From positions 1,184,001 through 1,248,000 of the forward strand of contig CAVWVI010000003.1 of NCBI GenBank assembly GCA_963758495.1: a stretch of DNA of 64,000 nucleotides. The letters run 5' to 3'. A model generated the notes under the pieces. That model saw only the letters and a list, made by a program, of their open reading frames with translations. It ran no database searches and was not told where the DNA came from. This document shows, in pieces, positions 19,979-30,668 of this stretch. How positions within the stretch are numbered: position 1 is the stretch's first letter; every line of letters begins with the position of its first letter. The DNA is from Oligoflexia bacterium. Its GTDB lineage: Bacteria > Bdellovibrionota > UBA1018. A program made the translations under genes and the position numbers.

Positions 19979-21387
19979 TGACCTACCTCATTCAATTGAG
20001 CTATGAGCAGATCTGGAATTCGGGTAATAGAACCTGCACCCAAACAAAGAATTAAATCTCCCTCAGTGAATAACTGACTCAACGTTTTCCGAGTCGACTC
20101 AAGGTTTCCAGTGTAGATCACTTCCTGGCGAGAAGGGGTGAGTTTTTTAAGATCTGCTACCAGGGTTTCTGAATCCACTCCAGGAATAGGATCTTCACCT
20201 GCAGAATAAATATCCGTAATCAGAACTACATCACTCTGCAAAAAAGCTGACAGGAAGCCATCATGACAATGAAGGGTCCTCGTATATCGATGAGGTTGAA
20301 AAACTGATATAATCCTGCCTGGCCAAAACCCCCGTGCTGCGGAGAGGGTGGCCGTAATTTCAGTGGGATGATGACCATAATCATCAATAATTGCCTGTCT
20401 TTTTTCAGGATCATGCCAGCGAATATCAAATCTGCGCTTCACACCCTTAAACTCATGCAAGCCGCGAGCGATGGTTTCAAATGCAATTCCTAACCGTAAC
20501 CCAATCGCAATGCTAGCAAGTGCATTATAGACATTATGTTTTCCAGGCACTGACAGCCGAACTTCTCCCAAAAAAGTTCTCTTTCCATCTACGCCTTCAC
20601 GATTAAATACTTTAAATTGAGATCCCAATCCTTGACAAATCACCTCGGTAGCATAGAGATCCCATTCTTCGGAAAGACCATAAGTAAGAAAAGGCTTGGT
20701 CCAACGACTCATGCAGCGTTTCACTCCTGAGTCATCTCCACAAACGACTGCCAAACCATAAAAGGGTAATTTTCCTACAAACTCTACAAAAGCATCTTCA
20801 ATCGCGGTGAGATTACCAAAATGGTCGAGATGATCATTATCAATATTAGTCACTACCCCCAAGGATGCGGGTAAGTGAAGGAATGAGCCGTCACTTTCAT
20901 CTGCTTCTGCTAAGACATACTGACCTTGCCCCAGCTTAGCATTTCCCCCTAATGAATCGACTTTTCCACCAATCACTAAGGTAGGGTCAACTCCGGCGAC
21001 AGTCAAAACAGTCGCGAGCATCGAAGTGGTTGTGGTTTTTCCATGAGACCCGGCAATTGCAATCCCGATTCTTCCCCGCATGAGTTCGCCTAACATCTCT
21101 GCACGAGGAATCACAGGGATTCGTAATCGCTTGGCTTCTTGCACTTCAGGATTACTTTGGCGAATAGCGGAGGAAACGACCACCACATTCACTCCTGAAA
21201 CATGGTCAGCTCTATGTCCAAGAAATATCTTTGCGCCTTGGTGAGCCAATCGTCTCGTCATTTCCGAATCTGAAAGATCCGAGCCAGTCACTCTGTATCC
21301 TTGATTGAGAAAGACTTCCGCAATACCACTCATTCCAATGCCACCGATACCGACAAAATGCAGTACGGTCTCTTCTTTTTTATACAT
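19975..21387 (-). CDS. murC: UDP-N-acetylmuramate--L-alanine ligase
   Basis: HFVGIGGIGMSG, GSHGKTTT, EADESD, DDYGHHPTE, FQPHRY. Confidence 0.97.
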   Translation of the reverse strand: MYKKEETVLHFVGIGGIGMSGIAEVFLNQGYRVTGSDLSDSEMTRRLAHQGAKIFLGHRADHVSGVNVVVVSSAIRQSNPEVQEAKRLRIPVIPRAEMLGELMRGRIGIAIAGSHGKTTTTSMLATVLTVAGVDPTLVIGGKVDSLGGNAKLGQGQYVLAEADESDGSFLHLPASLGVVTNIDNDHLDHFGNLTAIEDAFVEFVGKLPFYGLAVVCGDDSGVKRCMSRWTKPFLTYGLSEEWDLYATEVICQGLGSQFKVFNREGVDGKRTFLGEVRLSVPGKHNVYNALASIAIGLRLGIAFETIARGLHEFKGVKRRFDIRWHDPEKRQAIIDDYGHHPTEITATLSAARGFWPGRIISVFQPHRYTRTLHCHDGFLSAFLQSDVVLITDIYSAGEDPIPGVDSETLVADLKKLTPSRQEVIYTGNLESTRKTLSQLFTEGDLILCLGAGSITRIPDLLIAQLNEVGH

Positions 21388-21458
21388 AAAACCTCATAAT
21401 TTAAGCGTTCAACGATGAGCTAACAGACTTCTGGTCTTAAATCAAAAATTAGCTTTAA

Positions 21459-22559
21459 TTAAATTGTCATCAAACCCTGCACAATATCTTCTGCTGCGTG
21501 TGGACGAGAAAAGTCTGTCACCCTTTTTTCCATCTCAGTAATACGTGAGGGATGGGCCATTAGGTTTTGAATGAGTCTCGCCAAATTTTCGCCCTGAGAA
21601 GCTTGCTGAAGCAAAAGACAAGAAGCTCCTGCATCCGCAAAGATTCGGGCGTTTTTTTCCTGATGATTATCCGCTGCAGTCGGAAGAGGGATAAGTATAG
21701 CTGCCCTGCCTACTGCAGATAATTCAGCTAGAGTTGAAGATCCAGTTCTACAAATGACCAAAGAAGCTTGGGAATAAGCGGAAGTCATATCTTCAATATA
21801 CTTTTCAACCCTAGCTTGTATTCCCCATTTTTCATAAGCTTCACGAACTCGATCGAAGTCTTTTGCACCCGTTTGATGAATAAATTTTAGATTTTCTCTA
21901 TTCTTATTCAATTCAGGTAATGCATCTAAAACAAGGGTATTCATGCCAATGGCACCCTGACTTCCACCAAAAATGAAAATCGTAAAAGGGTCCCTAGCCG
22001 CTGGCGGCATCCATTTCATAGAAGAACGAATGGGGTTTCCTGTCAGAATAACTCGGCTTTTTGGAAACTTCGATTCTGTCCCTGGGAATGCAGCAAAAAC
22101 AAAATCTACAAACTGACCTAAGATCCGATTCGTAAACCCTGGAATAGCATTCTGCTCTAATATTCCTATTTGTACCTTCAGTAATCCAAGAATACGAAGA
22201 ACTCTTGCCATCAAGATCACAGGTCCAGATGCATATCCCCCGACTCCCAATACGAACCGAGGCCGAACGGATAATAAAATAGCAGCAGAGCGAAGCAATG
22301 CGAGCGGAAGTTGATAATAAGTTTTAAACTTACGAGAAAGACTCACTTGATTTAAAGTCCCTAACTTCAGAAGTTTTAAAGGATATCCTGTTTTAGGAAT
22401 CAGTCTTTCTTCGATGCCTCCATAGGCTCCTACAAATAAAACGGGCACATCTTTTCCCCATCTCACTTTCCAAGCATCAGCAACAGAAATGCCTGCAAGT
22501 AAATGTCCTCCGGTACCCCCCCCCGTAATCAGCAAACTTTTATCATGATTTATTTTCAT
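21459..22559 (-). CDS. murG: Lipid II GlcNAc transferase MurG
   Basis: GGGTGGH, GGYAS, EQN, GNPIR, GGSQGA, HQ..NA. Confidence 0.96.
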   Translation of the reverse strand: MKINHDKSLLITGGGTGGHLLAGISVADAWKVRWGKDVPVLFVGAYGGIEERLIPKTGYPLKLLKLGTLNQVSLSRKFKTYYQLPLALLRSAAILLSVRPRFVLGVGGYASGPVILMARVLRILGLLKVQIGILEQNAIPGFTNRILGQFVDFVFAAFPGTESKFPKSRVILTGNPIRSSMKWMPPAARDPFTIFIFGGSQGAIGMNTLVLDALPELNKNRENLKFIHQTGAKDFDRVREAYEKWGIQARVEKYIEDMTSAYSQASLVICRTGSSTLAELSAVGRAAILIPLPTAADNHQEKNARIFADAGASCLLLQQASQGENLARLIQNLMAHPSRITEMEKRVTDFSRPHAAEDIVQGLMTI

Positions 22560-23752
22560 GATGGAACCATTTTTCCACTTCGCGCAATACTCAACAATAC
22601 GCCTACCGCAAAAAGATCAATCAAAAGCGCAGAGCCACCGTAGCTAATAAAAGGAAGAGTCAGTCCTTTCGTGGGGACAAGACCTAAAACAACAGCGATA
22701 TTCACAAAGCCTTGAAAGCCTAAGGCCAAGGTAATTCCCGTCGCTAAGAGCATTCCAAAACGATCTTGAGTCCTCTTTTGGCAATTCCAAGCAATCTTGA
22801 GCCCTCGGTGTATAAAGTAAAGATAGGCTAAAACCACCGCTATGATGCCCACAAAACCTAATTCTTCTCCAATCACAGAAAAAATGAAGTCATTATGAGC
22901 CTCAGGCAAGTAAAATAGTTTTTCCTTTCCATTACCCAAACCGACACCAAATAACCTCCCACTGTGGAGCCCTACAAAAGACTGTAAAATTTGAAATCCC
23001 TTTCCTCCAGGATCCATCCAGGGATCAAGAAAAGTCATCAGTCGAATTCGTCGATATGCAGTCCCAATAGTGAGCCACCCTCCCGCGGTTGTTGCCATCA
23101 CTAGGGTGATCATCAAATAACGTAGGGGCACTCCTGCTAAGAACATCAGCGAGAAAATAACTAGAATAATCATCACAGTAGTTCCAAAATCAGGCTGAAT
23201 CAGGAGCAAGAACAAGGCAGGAAGTGGGACAATAAAATGAGAGAGAACGCCGGCTGTCACTGTACCAATTCTTTCATGTTTTCGATCTAACTGCCGGGCG
23301 ACAAAGAAAATAATTGCAAACTTTGCAAACTCTCCTGGCTGAAAGTTCCAGCCCGCAAGGTGTATCCAACGTCTTGCTCCTCCTACTTTCACTCCTACAC
23401 CTGGCACTAAAATGAGACCTAACAATACGATCGCAATTCCTAATACAGGATAAGCCCAGGCTGCCCAACGCCGATAATCAATTTTATACACACTAAAAAG
23501 AGCAACACACCCAAGCAAGGCATAAACGATTTGTTTTCGTATAAAGAAAAATCCATCCCCTGTCTTTTCCTGCGCATAGATAAAAGAGGCGCTATAGACC
23601 ATGACTAAACCAAACAGGACCATTGCCATCACTAGCAAAAGCAACATAAAGTCAAGTTCAGCCCAAGACGTAGGTTTTTCTTCCTGTCCTTGATTGACAG
23701 GGTGGGTTGAGTTTTTAAAGTTGAGAAACCAATTTTTTAAAGTAATCACCAC
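22556..23752 (-). CDS. ftsW: Peptidoglycan polymerase FtsW
   Basis: MVYSAS, GARRW, QP.EFAK, QPDFG, LPEAHNDFIF, LPFISYGGS; start codon uncertain. Confidence 0.95.
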   Translation of the reverse strand: MVITLKNWFLNFKNSTHPVNQGQEEKPTSWAELDFMLLLLVMAMVLFGLVMVYSASFIYAQEKTGDGFFFIRKQIVYALLGCVALFSVYKIDYRRWAAWAYPVLGIAIVLLGLILVPGVGVKVGGARRWIHLAGWNFQPGEFAKFAIIFFVARQLDRKHERIGTVTAGVLSHFIVPLPALFLLLIQPDFGTTVMIILVIFSLMFLAGVPLRYLMITLVMATTAGGWLTIGTAYRRIRLMTFLDPWMDPGGKGFQILQSFVGLHSGRLFGVGLGNGKEKLFYLPEAHNDFIFSVIGEELGFVGIIAVVLAYLYFIHRGLKIAWNCQKRTQDRFGMLLATGITLALGFQGFVNIAVVLGLVPTKGLTLPFISYGGSALLIDLFAVGVLLSIARSGKMVPS

Positions 23753-25097
23753 GTTCTTCGTAGTTTTTAAACATATCGTAGCTGGCACATCCAGGCGATA
23801 GTAGAATGATATCGCCACTTCTGGATTTTTGATAGGCTAACAATACGGCCTCTTCAAATGTGCCTACTAAATAGGTTTCAGCGAAATCACCAATCGCCCG
23901 ATTAATCTTTTCCTTTGCTTCACCCAGTAAAATTAAAATCTTACACTTTTTTCTCACGAGATCCACTAAAGGCGCAAAATCCATCCCCTTATCTTTGCCT
24001 CCAGCAATCAAGATAATAGGGTTCATATTAAATGAGGCCAAACTTCGTTGCACACTCATGACATTCGTACCCTTGGAATCATTAAAGAAAAAGACTCCGT
24101 CTTTTTTTCTAATAAATTCAAGTCGATGAGGCACTCCTTTGAAGCTATTGATTACGCTCTGAATTGCTTTTGAGGAGACGCCCATCACACGCACTGCGCA
24201 AATGGCAGCCATCAAATTTTCTTTGTTATGTTCTCCAAAAAGTCTGAAGGCAGAAAGGTCATAAGACTCTTCTTTGCCCATCACTTTGACAGTAATTTTT
24301 TTCTCAGTCGAATGATAATAAGATCCACAGAATTCTTCTGCAAAGGTGCCCCCAATCGACATAGGGTCCCGTTTTGTAAACCAAAGTAATTTTCCGACGT
24401 TTTCTTCTTTAAACCGCTGAACCGCCATACTATCGTAATTCAGTATGACAAAACTATTTCGATCACAGACCTTCAGAAGCTTCTTTTTGGCTTGAACATA
24501 GGATTGCATATCTCCGTAGCGATCCAGGTGATCTTCTTCCAAATTAGTAAAAACTGCGACAGCAGGAACTAACTTCTCGGTGAGTTCTAGTTGAAAACTA
24601 GAAAGCTCCGCTACTACCACTTCAGCCTTTTGTCCTTCAGTCACATAATCCAGGAGTGGCTTACCAATATTACCCCCCAGAAAAATAGCTTTTCCATCCG
24701 CCTTAAACATTTCTGCGATCAAAGTAGCGGTTGTTGTTTTACCATTTGTGCCAGTAACGGCAATCAGGGGTTCTTTAATTGCCGCAACGGCGAGCTCAAC
24801 CTCACTCGTAATGGGAATATTTTTCTCCCGTGCTTCTTCTAAAGGCTTGATATTTAAACTGACTCCGGGACTCACAACAATCAACTCGGCACTTTCGAAG
24901 GTTTTACCGTTGTGCTTTCCAAACTCATATTCAATTTTCAAGTCAGCACACGCATGAACAGAATCCATGAGTTCGTTCTTTTGCTTCGCATCTACAACCG
25001 TAACGCGCGCACCCTGTTTAACCATATACTTGGCAACAGCAACCCCTGAGACTCCAAAACCAACAACCAAAACTTTTTTACCTTTATACTTACTCAT
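23715..25097 (-). CDS. murD: UDP-N-acetylmuramoyl-L-alanine--D-glutamate ligase
   Basis: SPGV, TGTNGKTT, ELSSFQLE, DHLDRY, NDSKGTN, LSPGCASYD. Confidence 0.97.
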   Translation of the reverse strand: MSKYKGKKVLVVGFGVSGVAVAKYMVKQGARVTVVDAKQKNELMDSVHACADLKIEYEFGKHNGKTFESAELIVVSPGVSLNIKPLEEAREKNIPITSEVELAVAAIKEPLIAVTGTNGKTTTATLIAEMFKADGKAIFLGGNIGKPLLDYVTEGQKAEVVVAELSSFQLELTEKLVPAVAVFTNLEEDHLDRYGDMQSYVQAKKKLLKVCDRNSFVILNYDSMAVQRFKEENVGKLLWFTKRDPMSIGGTFAEEFCGSYYHSTEKKITVKVMGKEESYDLSAFRLFGEHNKENLMAAICAVRVMGVSSKAIQSVINSFKGVPHRLEFIRKKDGVFFFNDSKGTNVMSVQRSLASFNMNPIILIAGGKDKGMDFAPLVDLVRKKCKILILLGEAKEKINRAIGDFAETYLVGTFEEAVLLAYQKSRSGDIILLSPGCASYDMFKNYEERGDYFKKLVSQL

Positions 25098-25115
25098 AAG
25101 AAAATAATATTTCCC

Positions 25116-26192
25116 CTATCTCAGTTTTAGAGTCGAAAGTGTGATCAACGATAATAGGATCGAAATAATCCAAAACCTGACAATCACCTTCGGTTCTGCC
25201 CACCCCTTCAATTCAAAGTGATGATGGATAGGTGCCATTTTTAGGACCCGCTTACCAGTCATTTTGAATGATACCACTTGCGCCATTACGGAAAGAGCTT
25301 CAACTACAAAAACTCCCCCACACAGTGCAAGCAAGATTTCATTTTTTGTAATCACTGCCACCACTGCCAATGCAGCTCCTAATGCAAGGGACCCCACATC
25401 ACCCATAAAAACTTGCGCCGGATAGGTATTAAACCAAAGAAATCCTAAACAGGAAGCTGCGACACTTCCACAAAAAACGGCTAATTCTCCTGCACCCGAA
25501 ATATAGGGAATTTGTAAATATTCCGCAATTTTTACATGCCCAGCACAATAAGCCAGAATCAGAAAAGTAGCAGAAGTCGTCATGGTGGGACCCACTGCTA
25601 AACCATCTAGCCCATCCGTTAAATTCACGGCATTAGAAGCCCCGACAATGACAAAAGCAGCAAACGGGATAAAAAATGCACCTAAATAAAAAGACCACTC
25701 TTTAAAAAATGGAAATTTAAGCACAGGGGGAGTATCCCGCATCATATAAATCACATAGGCCGTACCTAGAGCAATCATTGTTTGGCCCAGTAGCTTTTGC
25801 TTGCCTGACAATCCTTTGGGATTTTTTTGGACAACCTTGCGATAATCATCGATGTAGCCCACCACCCCAAATAAAGCTGTCGTAATGATCGCTACCCATA
25901 TATTTTTATTGGTTAAATCAGACCAAAGCAGGGTTGGAATTATAATTGCGATCAGAAGCAATCCCCCCCCCATCGTAGGGGTTCCCTTCTTGGTCAGGTG
26001 GCTCTTTGGACCGTCATCCCGTATCGCTTGACCCATCTGTTTTCGTTGTAATAATCGAATATAGGCGGGGCCAATCAACATACATAACAAAACGCTGGTA
26101 ATGCTCGCCCCAAACGTTCGAAATGAAATATATTTAAACACATTAAAAAATGTGTGTTTGAGGTGTAACGGATATAGAAAATGGAAGAGCAT
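25116..26192 (-). CDS. mraY: Phospho-N-acetylmuramoyl-pentapeptide transferase
   Basis: KKGTPTMGG, NAVNLTDGLDGL, FMGDVGS, MAPIHHHFE. Confidence 0.98.
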   Translation of the reverse strand: MLFHFLYPLHLKHTFFNVFKYISFRTFGASITSVLLCMLIGPAYIRLLQRKQMGQAIRDDGPKSHLTKKGTPTMGGGLLLIAIIIPTLLWSDLTNKNIWVAIITTALFGVVGYIDDYRKVVQKNPKGLSGKQKLLGQTMIALGTAYVIYMMRDTPPVLKFPFFKEWSFYLGAFFIPFAAFVIVGASNAVNLTDGLDGLAVGPTMTTSATFLILAYCAGHVKIAEYLQIPYISGAGELAVFCGSVAASCLGFLWFNTYPAQVFMGDVGSLALGAALAVVAVITKNEILLALCGGVFVVEALSVMAQVVSFKMTGKRVLKMAPIHHHFELKGWAEPKVIVRFWIISILLSLITLSTLKLR

Positions 26193-26224
26193 GACGTGAT
26201 GCTACAGATTTTTAAAAGCCCGTG

Positions 26225-27700
26225 TCAAGCTTTGCCTGAATTCTGTAGAGAAAAAGCGTGTACCACAACCTCTCGGTCATCAAAATGGATCTTTTTCGTC
26301 CCTAATATCTGATAATCTTCATGTCCCTTCCCAGCTATCAAAACTAAATCACCTGATTTTGCTAATTGGATGGCCTTATAGATAGCCTGAGCTCGATCGA
26401 CCTCTACAGTAAAATTTTGATGCCCTTGGGTTCCCTCAAGGATTTCTTTAATAATAACCATGGGATCCTCCGTCCTTGGGTTATCGGAGGTAATAAATAC
26501 GTAATCAGACCCTTCCACTGCGGCTTTTCCCATCATGGGGCGCTTTTTCCGATCCCTATCTCCTCCACAGCCAAATACGGTAATCAATTGATGATTACCT
26601 TGAATCTCTGCCAGGGACTGGATTACTTTTTCAAGCGCATCTGGCTTATGGGCATAATCGACCCAAACATGAACTCCGTGGTCATTCTCTACGCGCTCAA
26701 GTCGCCCTGGGACACCTGGAAGGTTTGCAATTCCTTTCTCAATCAGTCTTGGGTTTAGCTTTAAGGCTTGAGCTAGAGTCACTGCCGCTGCAATATTAGA
26801 ACAATTAAACTGCCCTGTGAGCGGAGACTGAATTAAAATCCCGTTTACTTCCCCATGAATTCCCTGAAGACTCGATTGAAGTGTCTCACCCTGTTGAAAT
26901 TCGAAAATTTGTGAAGCTTTCTGTGATGACCCGAGCTCCTGAATCAGTCGCTTCCCATATGGATCTTCAGAATTGATTACAGCCACAGGTTGTTTTGCTT
27001 TTTGAATTGCAAAAGCCGTTAATTCTTTAAATAAAATCGATTTGGACTGAAAATAATCTTCCATATCAGGATGAAAATCGAGGTGTTCTGGAGACAAGTT
27101 AGTGAATACCATCCCGTCAAACGCAATAGAATCTACTCTTTTTTGTTTAAGGGCATGAGAAGAGACCTCCATGACCACTGCAGTACACCCTGCACTTTTC
27201 ATCATTGACAGAAGATGCTGCAATTCTACCGCTCCAGGCGTGGTGTGAGTGGAGGGGAAAATTTGAGAACCGAACCTAAAATTAACCGTCCCGAGAACTC
27301 CTACCTGATGTCCAGATGCCAAGAGAATGGACTCGATCAGATAAGTGGTTGTGGTTTTCCCACTCGTCCCCGTTACTGCGATACAAAGCATGGATTCGGA
27401 AGGGTTCCCATAAAAAGCAGCTGCAAGTCTTGCAAGAGTCGCTCGTCCATCAGATACCTGCAAATAGGGAACTGTCAGTGTTTGAGGCTTAGGCTGTTCG
27501 CCTAGAATCAGGATTGCACCTTGGTTTTCTACACTATCCAAAAACTGGTGCCCGTCGTTTGCCGTCCCTCGAATTGCTACAAAAACCGAACCCGGTACGA
27601 CTTCTCTGGAATCAGACGTCACGTTCACTACGACCTGATTCAGAAGGGATTCGTCCAAGTCATGGGTAAATTCGATCAATTCGCGAATAGTGTTTTTCAT
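26225..27700 (-). CDS. murE: UDP-MurNAc-tripeptide synthetase (meso-DAP type)
   Basis: TGTSGKTT, MEVSSH, DYAH.PD, DNPR motif, GKGHEDYQ. Confidence 0.96.
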   Translation of the reverse strand: MKNTIRELIEFTHDLDESLLNQVVVNVTSDSREVVPGSVFVAIRGTANDGHQFLDSVENQGAILILGEQPKPQTLTVPYLQVSDGRATLARLAAAFYGNPSESMLCIAVTGTSGKTTTTYLIESILLASGHQVGVLGTVNFRFGSQIFPSTHTTPGAVELQHLLSMMKSAGCTAVVMEVSSHALKQKRVDSIAFDGMVFTNLSPEHLDFHPDMEDYFQSKSILFKELTAFAIQKAKQPVAVINSEDPYGKRLIQELGSSQKASQIFEFQQGETLQSSLQGIHGEVNGILIQSPLTGQFNCSNIAAAVTLAQALKLNPRLIEKGIANLPGVPGRLERVENDHGVHVWVDYAHKPDALEKVIQSLAEIQGNHQLITVFGCGGDRDRKKRPMMGKAAVEGSDYVFITSDNPRTEDPMVIIKEILEGTQGHQNFTVEVDRAQAIYKAIQLAKSGDLVLIAGKGHEDYQILGTKKIHFDDREVVVHAFSLQNSGKA

Positions 27701-29700
27701 GGTTCTGACAGTATTAATCGAATAGTACCCCCTTCTGCAATCACCTTTCCCTCATCTGGAAGTTGAGAAGAAACGACACCGGTACCTGTCATCTGAAGAT
27801 CGAATTTATGTCCTTGAAATACTCGAACTATTTCTCGAGGTGCCAAGCCCTTCAGTGACGGCATGACCCATCCAGCCCCCTCCTGACGTCGCAATTTAAT
27901 TTCTGTGTCAAAAGTCACAGCAGATCGTGTCAGTTTCAATTTATCTTTTACAAAACGACCGGCCAAAATCTGGGCGGGATCTACTCTAAAAGGAAGACCA
28001 CAACGATTAGCAACAGAATTCAAAACTTCTTTAAAAAGGGGGACTGCTGTCTCAGAAGCATAGTAAACGCCATGTGGCTCGACAAGCGATGTAAAGATCA
28101 CTATTTTAGGTTCAACATCGACTGCAAACCCAATAAATGAAGAGATGTACTTTTCTCGAGAATATTTGCCAGTGACAGAATCAACCATTTGAGCGGTCCC
28201 TGTTTTGCCTGCAACTCTATAGCCTGGAAGTGTGGCTTTTACCCCCGTTCCGCCTTCTTCTGTCACCGTCTCGAGAGCTTCGAGAACTTGACTACTCACC
28301 CTTTGAGAAAAAACTCGAAGAGGAAACTGAGACGATGCATCATTAGATATTTTTTTCAGTAAAGTAGGCTGAACTAACCACCCCCCATTGAGAATGGCTG
28401 CATAGGCTCTCGTCATTTGCAACGGGGTCGCTAAAATACCTTGGCCAAATCCAATATTTGCCAAAGTGAGTGGCCTCCACTCCTTTCGGTTCGGAATTTT
28501 ACCAGATATTTCCCCTGGAAACCCTAATCCTGATTTAGCCCCCAATCCAAATGAACGAAGGGTTTTCAAATAACGATCCGCTCCGAGCTTCATAGCCACT
28601 TTCGCGGCTGCCACATTACTTGAAACTTGGATCATTTTCTTTAAACTCACCCACTCAAATTTTTCTTTCGCTTCCGCTTCGGAAATCCGATGCCCCTGAA
28701 CAAGAAATGATCCTCGCTCCGCCCACACTTGATCCGACAATTTCCAGCCATTTGAAAGTGCGCTCGTGATTAACATTGCTTTCAAAGTGGAACCTGGCTC
28801 GTATCCATCTGTCACGGCTCGATTACGCCGACGATCAGGGGAAACTCCCTTCTCGTTAGCATTGAAAGCTGGCTCATTGGCCATTGCAAGGATTTCTCCG
28901 TTTTCTGCATTCATGGCAATCACAGTTCCGCTCCGAGATCCGGTTCGATGAACTGCGTTTCTCAGTTCTTGTTCCACTTCAAACTGAAGTGAGGAATCAA
29001 TAGTTAAAGTAATCGGTTCTCCATCCTGGACACTATTTGCAGCAACAGCATCGATAAATGTCGGCCTTCCGAGAGCGTCTTTAATAGCTGAAATAGAGGC
29101 TACTTTGCCGCGTAGCTTTTCATTCATCCAAAGCTCAACACCTTCTAAGCCTTCTAAATCGACATTCACATCCCCCAAAATATGCGAAGCCAATTGCCCA
29201 TGTGGATACACCCGTTCATTTTCTTTCACCAACCAAAGACCCTCGATGAGATCTCCATCTTCATCCATGACACGCCATTTTTTAAACCGTTTCAGCTCAA
29301 GCTCACTCAGATGCCTTTTAATCCATACAAACTCACGAGGTTCGTTTAATTTCTGCAAAATTTTACTCAAGCTCAGGTCAGTGGATCGACCTAAGAGACG
29401 GGCTAACACTTTTTTATTCTTAATTTTGCTAGGATTGGCAGCTAAACTACTTGTTTCTACATTCACCGCAAGTGGCTTTAAGTTACGATCCAATAACGCA
29501 CCTCTTCGGGGCCGGATCAAAGCATGACCTTGAAATTGGCGACGGGCCATGGTTTCTAAACGAGTATTTCCCAATAGCTGAATATAAGCGGCTCGCACTA
29601 ATAGCGAAAGAGCGGCTATGACACAAAAGAGCATCAATGCGATCAATCGTGCCTTAGTGGAATAATTCAAAGTTTGTTTTAGACTCAATTCATGGATCAT
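27697..29700 (-). CDS. ftsI: Class B PBP FtsI with C-terminal PASTA domain
   Basis: EPGSTLK (SxxK), SSN, KTGT; position between ftsL and murE; start uncertain. Confidence 0.93.
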   Translation of the reverse strand: MIHELSLKQTLNYSTKARLIALMLFCVIAALSLLVRAAYIQLLGNTRLETMARRQFQGHALIRPRRGALLDRNLKPLAVNVETSSLAANPSKIKNKKVLARLLGRSTDLSLSKILQKLNEPREFVWIKRHLSELELKRFKKWRVMDEDGDLIEGLWLVKENERVYPHGQLASHILGDVNVDLEGLEGVELWMNEKLRGKVASISAIKDALGRPTFIDAVAANSVQDGEPITLTIDSSLQFEVEQELRNAVHRTGSRSGTVIAMNAENGEILAMANEPAFNANEKGVSPDRRRNRAVTDGYEPGSTLKAMLITSALSNGWKLSDQVWAERGSFLVQGHRISEAEAKEKFEWVSLKKMIQVSSNVAAAKVAMKLGADRYLKTLRSFGLGAKSGLGFPGEISGKIPNRKEWRPLTLANIGFGQGILATPLQMTRAYAAILNGGWLVQPTLLKKISNDASSQFPLRVFSQRVSSQVLEALETVTEEGGTGVKATLPGYRVAGKTGTAQMVDSVTGKYSREKYISSFIGFAVDVEPKIVIFTSLVEPHGVYYASETAVPLFKEVLNSVANRCGLPFRVDPAQILAGRFVKDKLKLTRSAVTFDTEIKLRRQEGAGWVMPSLKGLAPREIVRVFQGHKFDLQMTGTGVVSSQLPDEGKVIAEGGTIRLILSEP

Positions 29701-30013
29701 TGTTATTATGAAGTGTAGCCAATGATGGATTATAATCCATAATTTCTGATTTTTTAAGATGAACAATTTGTTCCATCTTGGGTTGCGACAACCCGTATTT
29801 TGTCCGCGCTAATATTTCCAACCTGCGAGGAGAACGCAACGCAGCAACTTTTAATTGAAGATCTTCGCGATCACGTCGAGCGGTATCCATGATCCTCTCT
29901 GTTTGATGAATAGAATACGATGTCCGAATGATGGTCAGGCGAAGCCAAACCGTCCCTATTGAAAATGCTATGAATACAGGAACAACCCAAATGGGTATCC
30001 ATTTTTTCAACAT
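29690..30013 (-). CDS. ftsL: Cell division protein FtsL-like
   Basis: Short TM, coiled coil, LRSPRRLE..AR.K.GL..P; immediately upstream of ftsI. Confidence 0.8.
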   Translation of the reverse strand: MLKKWIPIWVVPVFIAFSIGTVWLRLTIIRTSYSIHQTERIMDTARRDREDLQLKVAALRSPRRLEILARTKYGLSQPKMEQIVHLKKSEIMDYNPSLATLHNNNDP

Positions 30014-30212
30014 TCTTCTATTGAATGTGATTTTAAATTAATATCAATGAATTTATTCTGCATTAACTATAAAAATAAGGCAAAAATCTTCGCTATATCT
30101 AATTGATATTATTTATAATTATTAATTTATTAGTTTTACTTTCATTTTTAGGTATTTTTCTTTAATATCCTAATAGGAAAGCTCGGTTCTTTAAATCAGA
30201 GGAAACCCCCAT

Positions 30213-30668
30213 ATGCCGTTACTCGAAAAGCGACTGCACCGATCTCATCGAGGAGATAAAAAATTACGACAAAATGACTTTGGCATCATGGTTGGTTTTA
30301 ATTCAACAAAGGCATCAGAAGCCCTCGCAGATGGGTTACGGTACTTGAAAGACCACTGGAATTGGAACGGCTCTAAGATCGCTCGAGTTCTCCATCTTTC
30401 TCCAACCACGATCAATGGCTGGATGCGACGAGGGACCATACCGCTTTCAGGTAAAAATATTACTCCAGAAATTGAAGCAGTGATTCATCTTCTTGCTGTT
30501 CATCGGAATTTAGCTTCCATGTTTAGTGAGCCATTCCACCAATTAGAATGGTTGACAACTTCACATCCCGACCTAGGGATTGCACCGCTTAATAAGATGT
30601 CAGAATCCTTAGCTGGACTCATCCATGTACGTCAGTATCTAGACTTTGTGCGAGGTCGCGGCGCATGA
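30213..30668 (+). CDS. Xre/MbcA/ParS-type antitoxin (HTH + C-terminal toxin-binding domain)
   Basis: HTH IARVLHLSPTTINGW; C-terminal WL...HP.LG..PL..M....GL..V..YLD..RG. Confidence 0.8.
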   Translation: MPLLEKRLHRSHRGDKKLRQNDFGIMVGFNSTKASEALADGLRYLKDHWNWNGSKIARVLHLSPTTINGWMRRGTIPLSGKNITPEIEAVIHLLAVHRNLASMFSEPFHQLEWLTTSHPDLGIAPLNKMSESLAGLIHVRQYLDFVRGRGA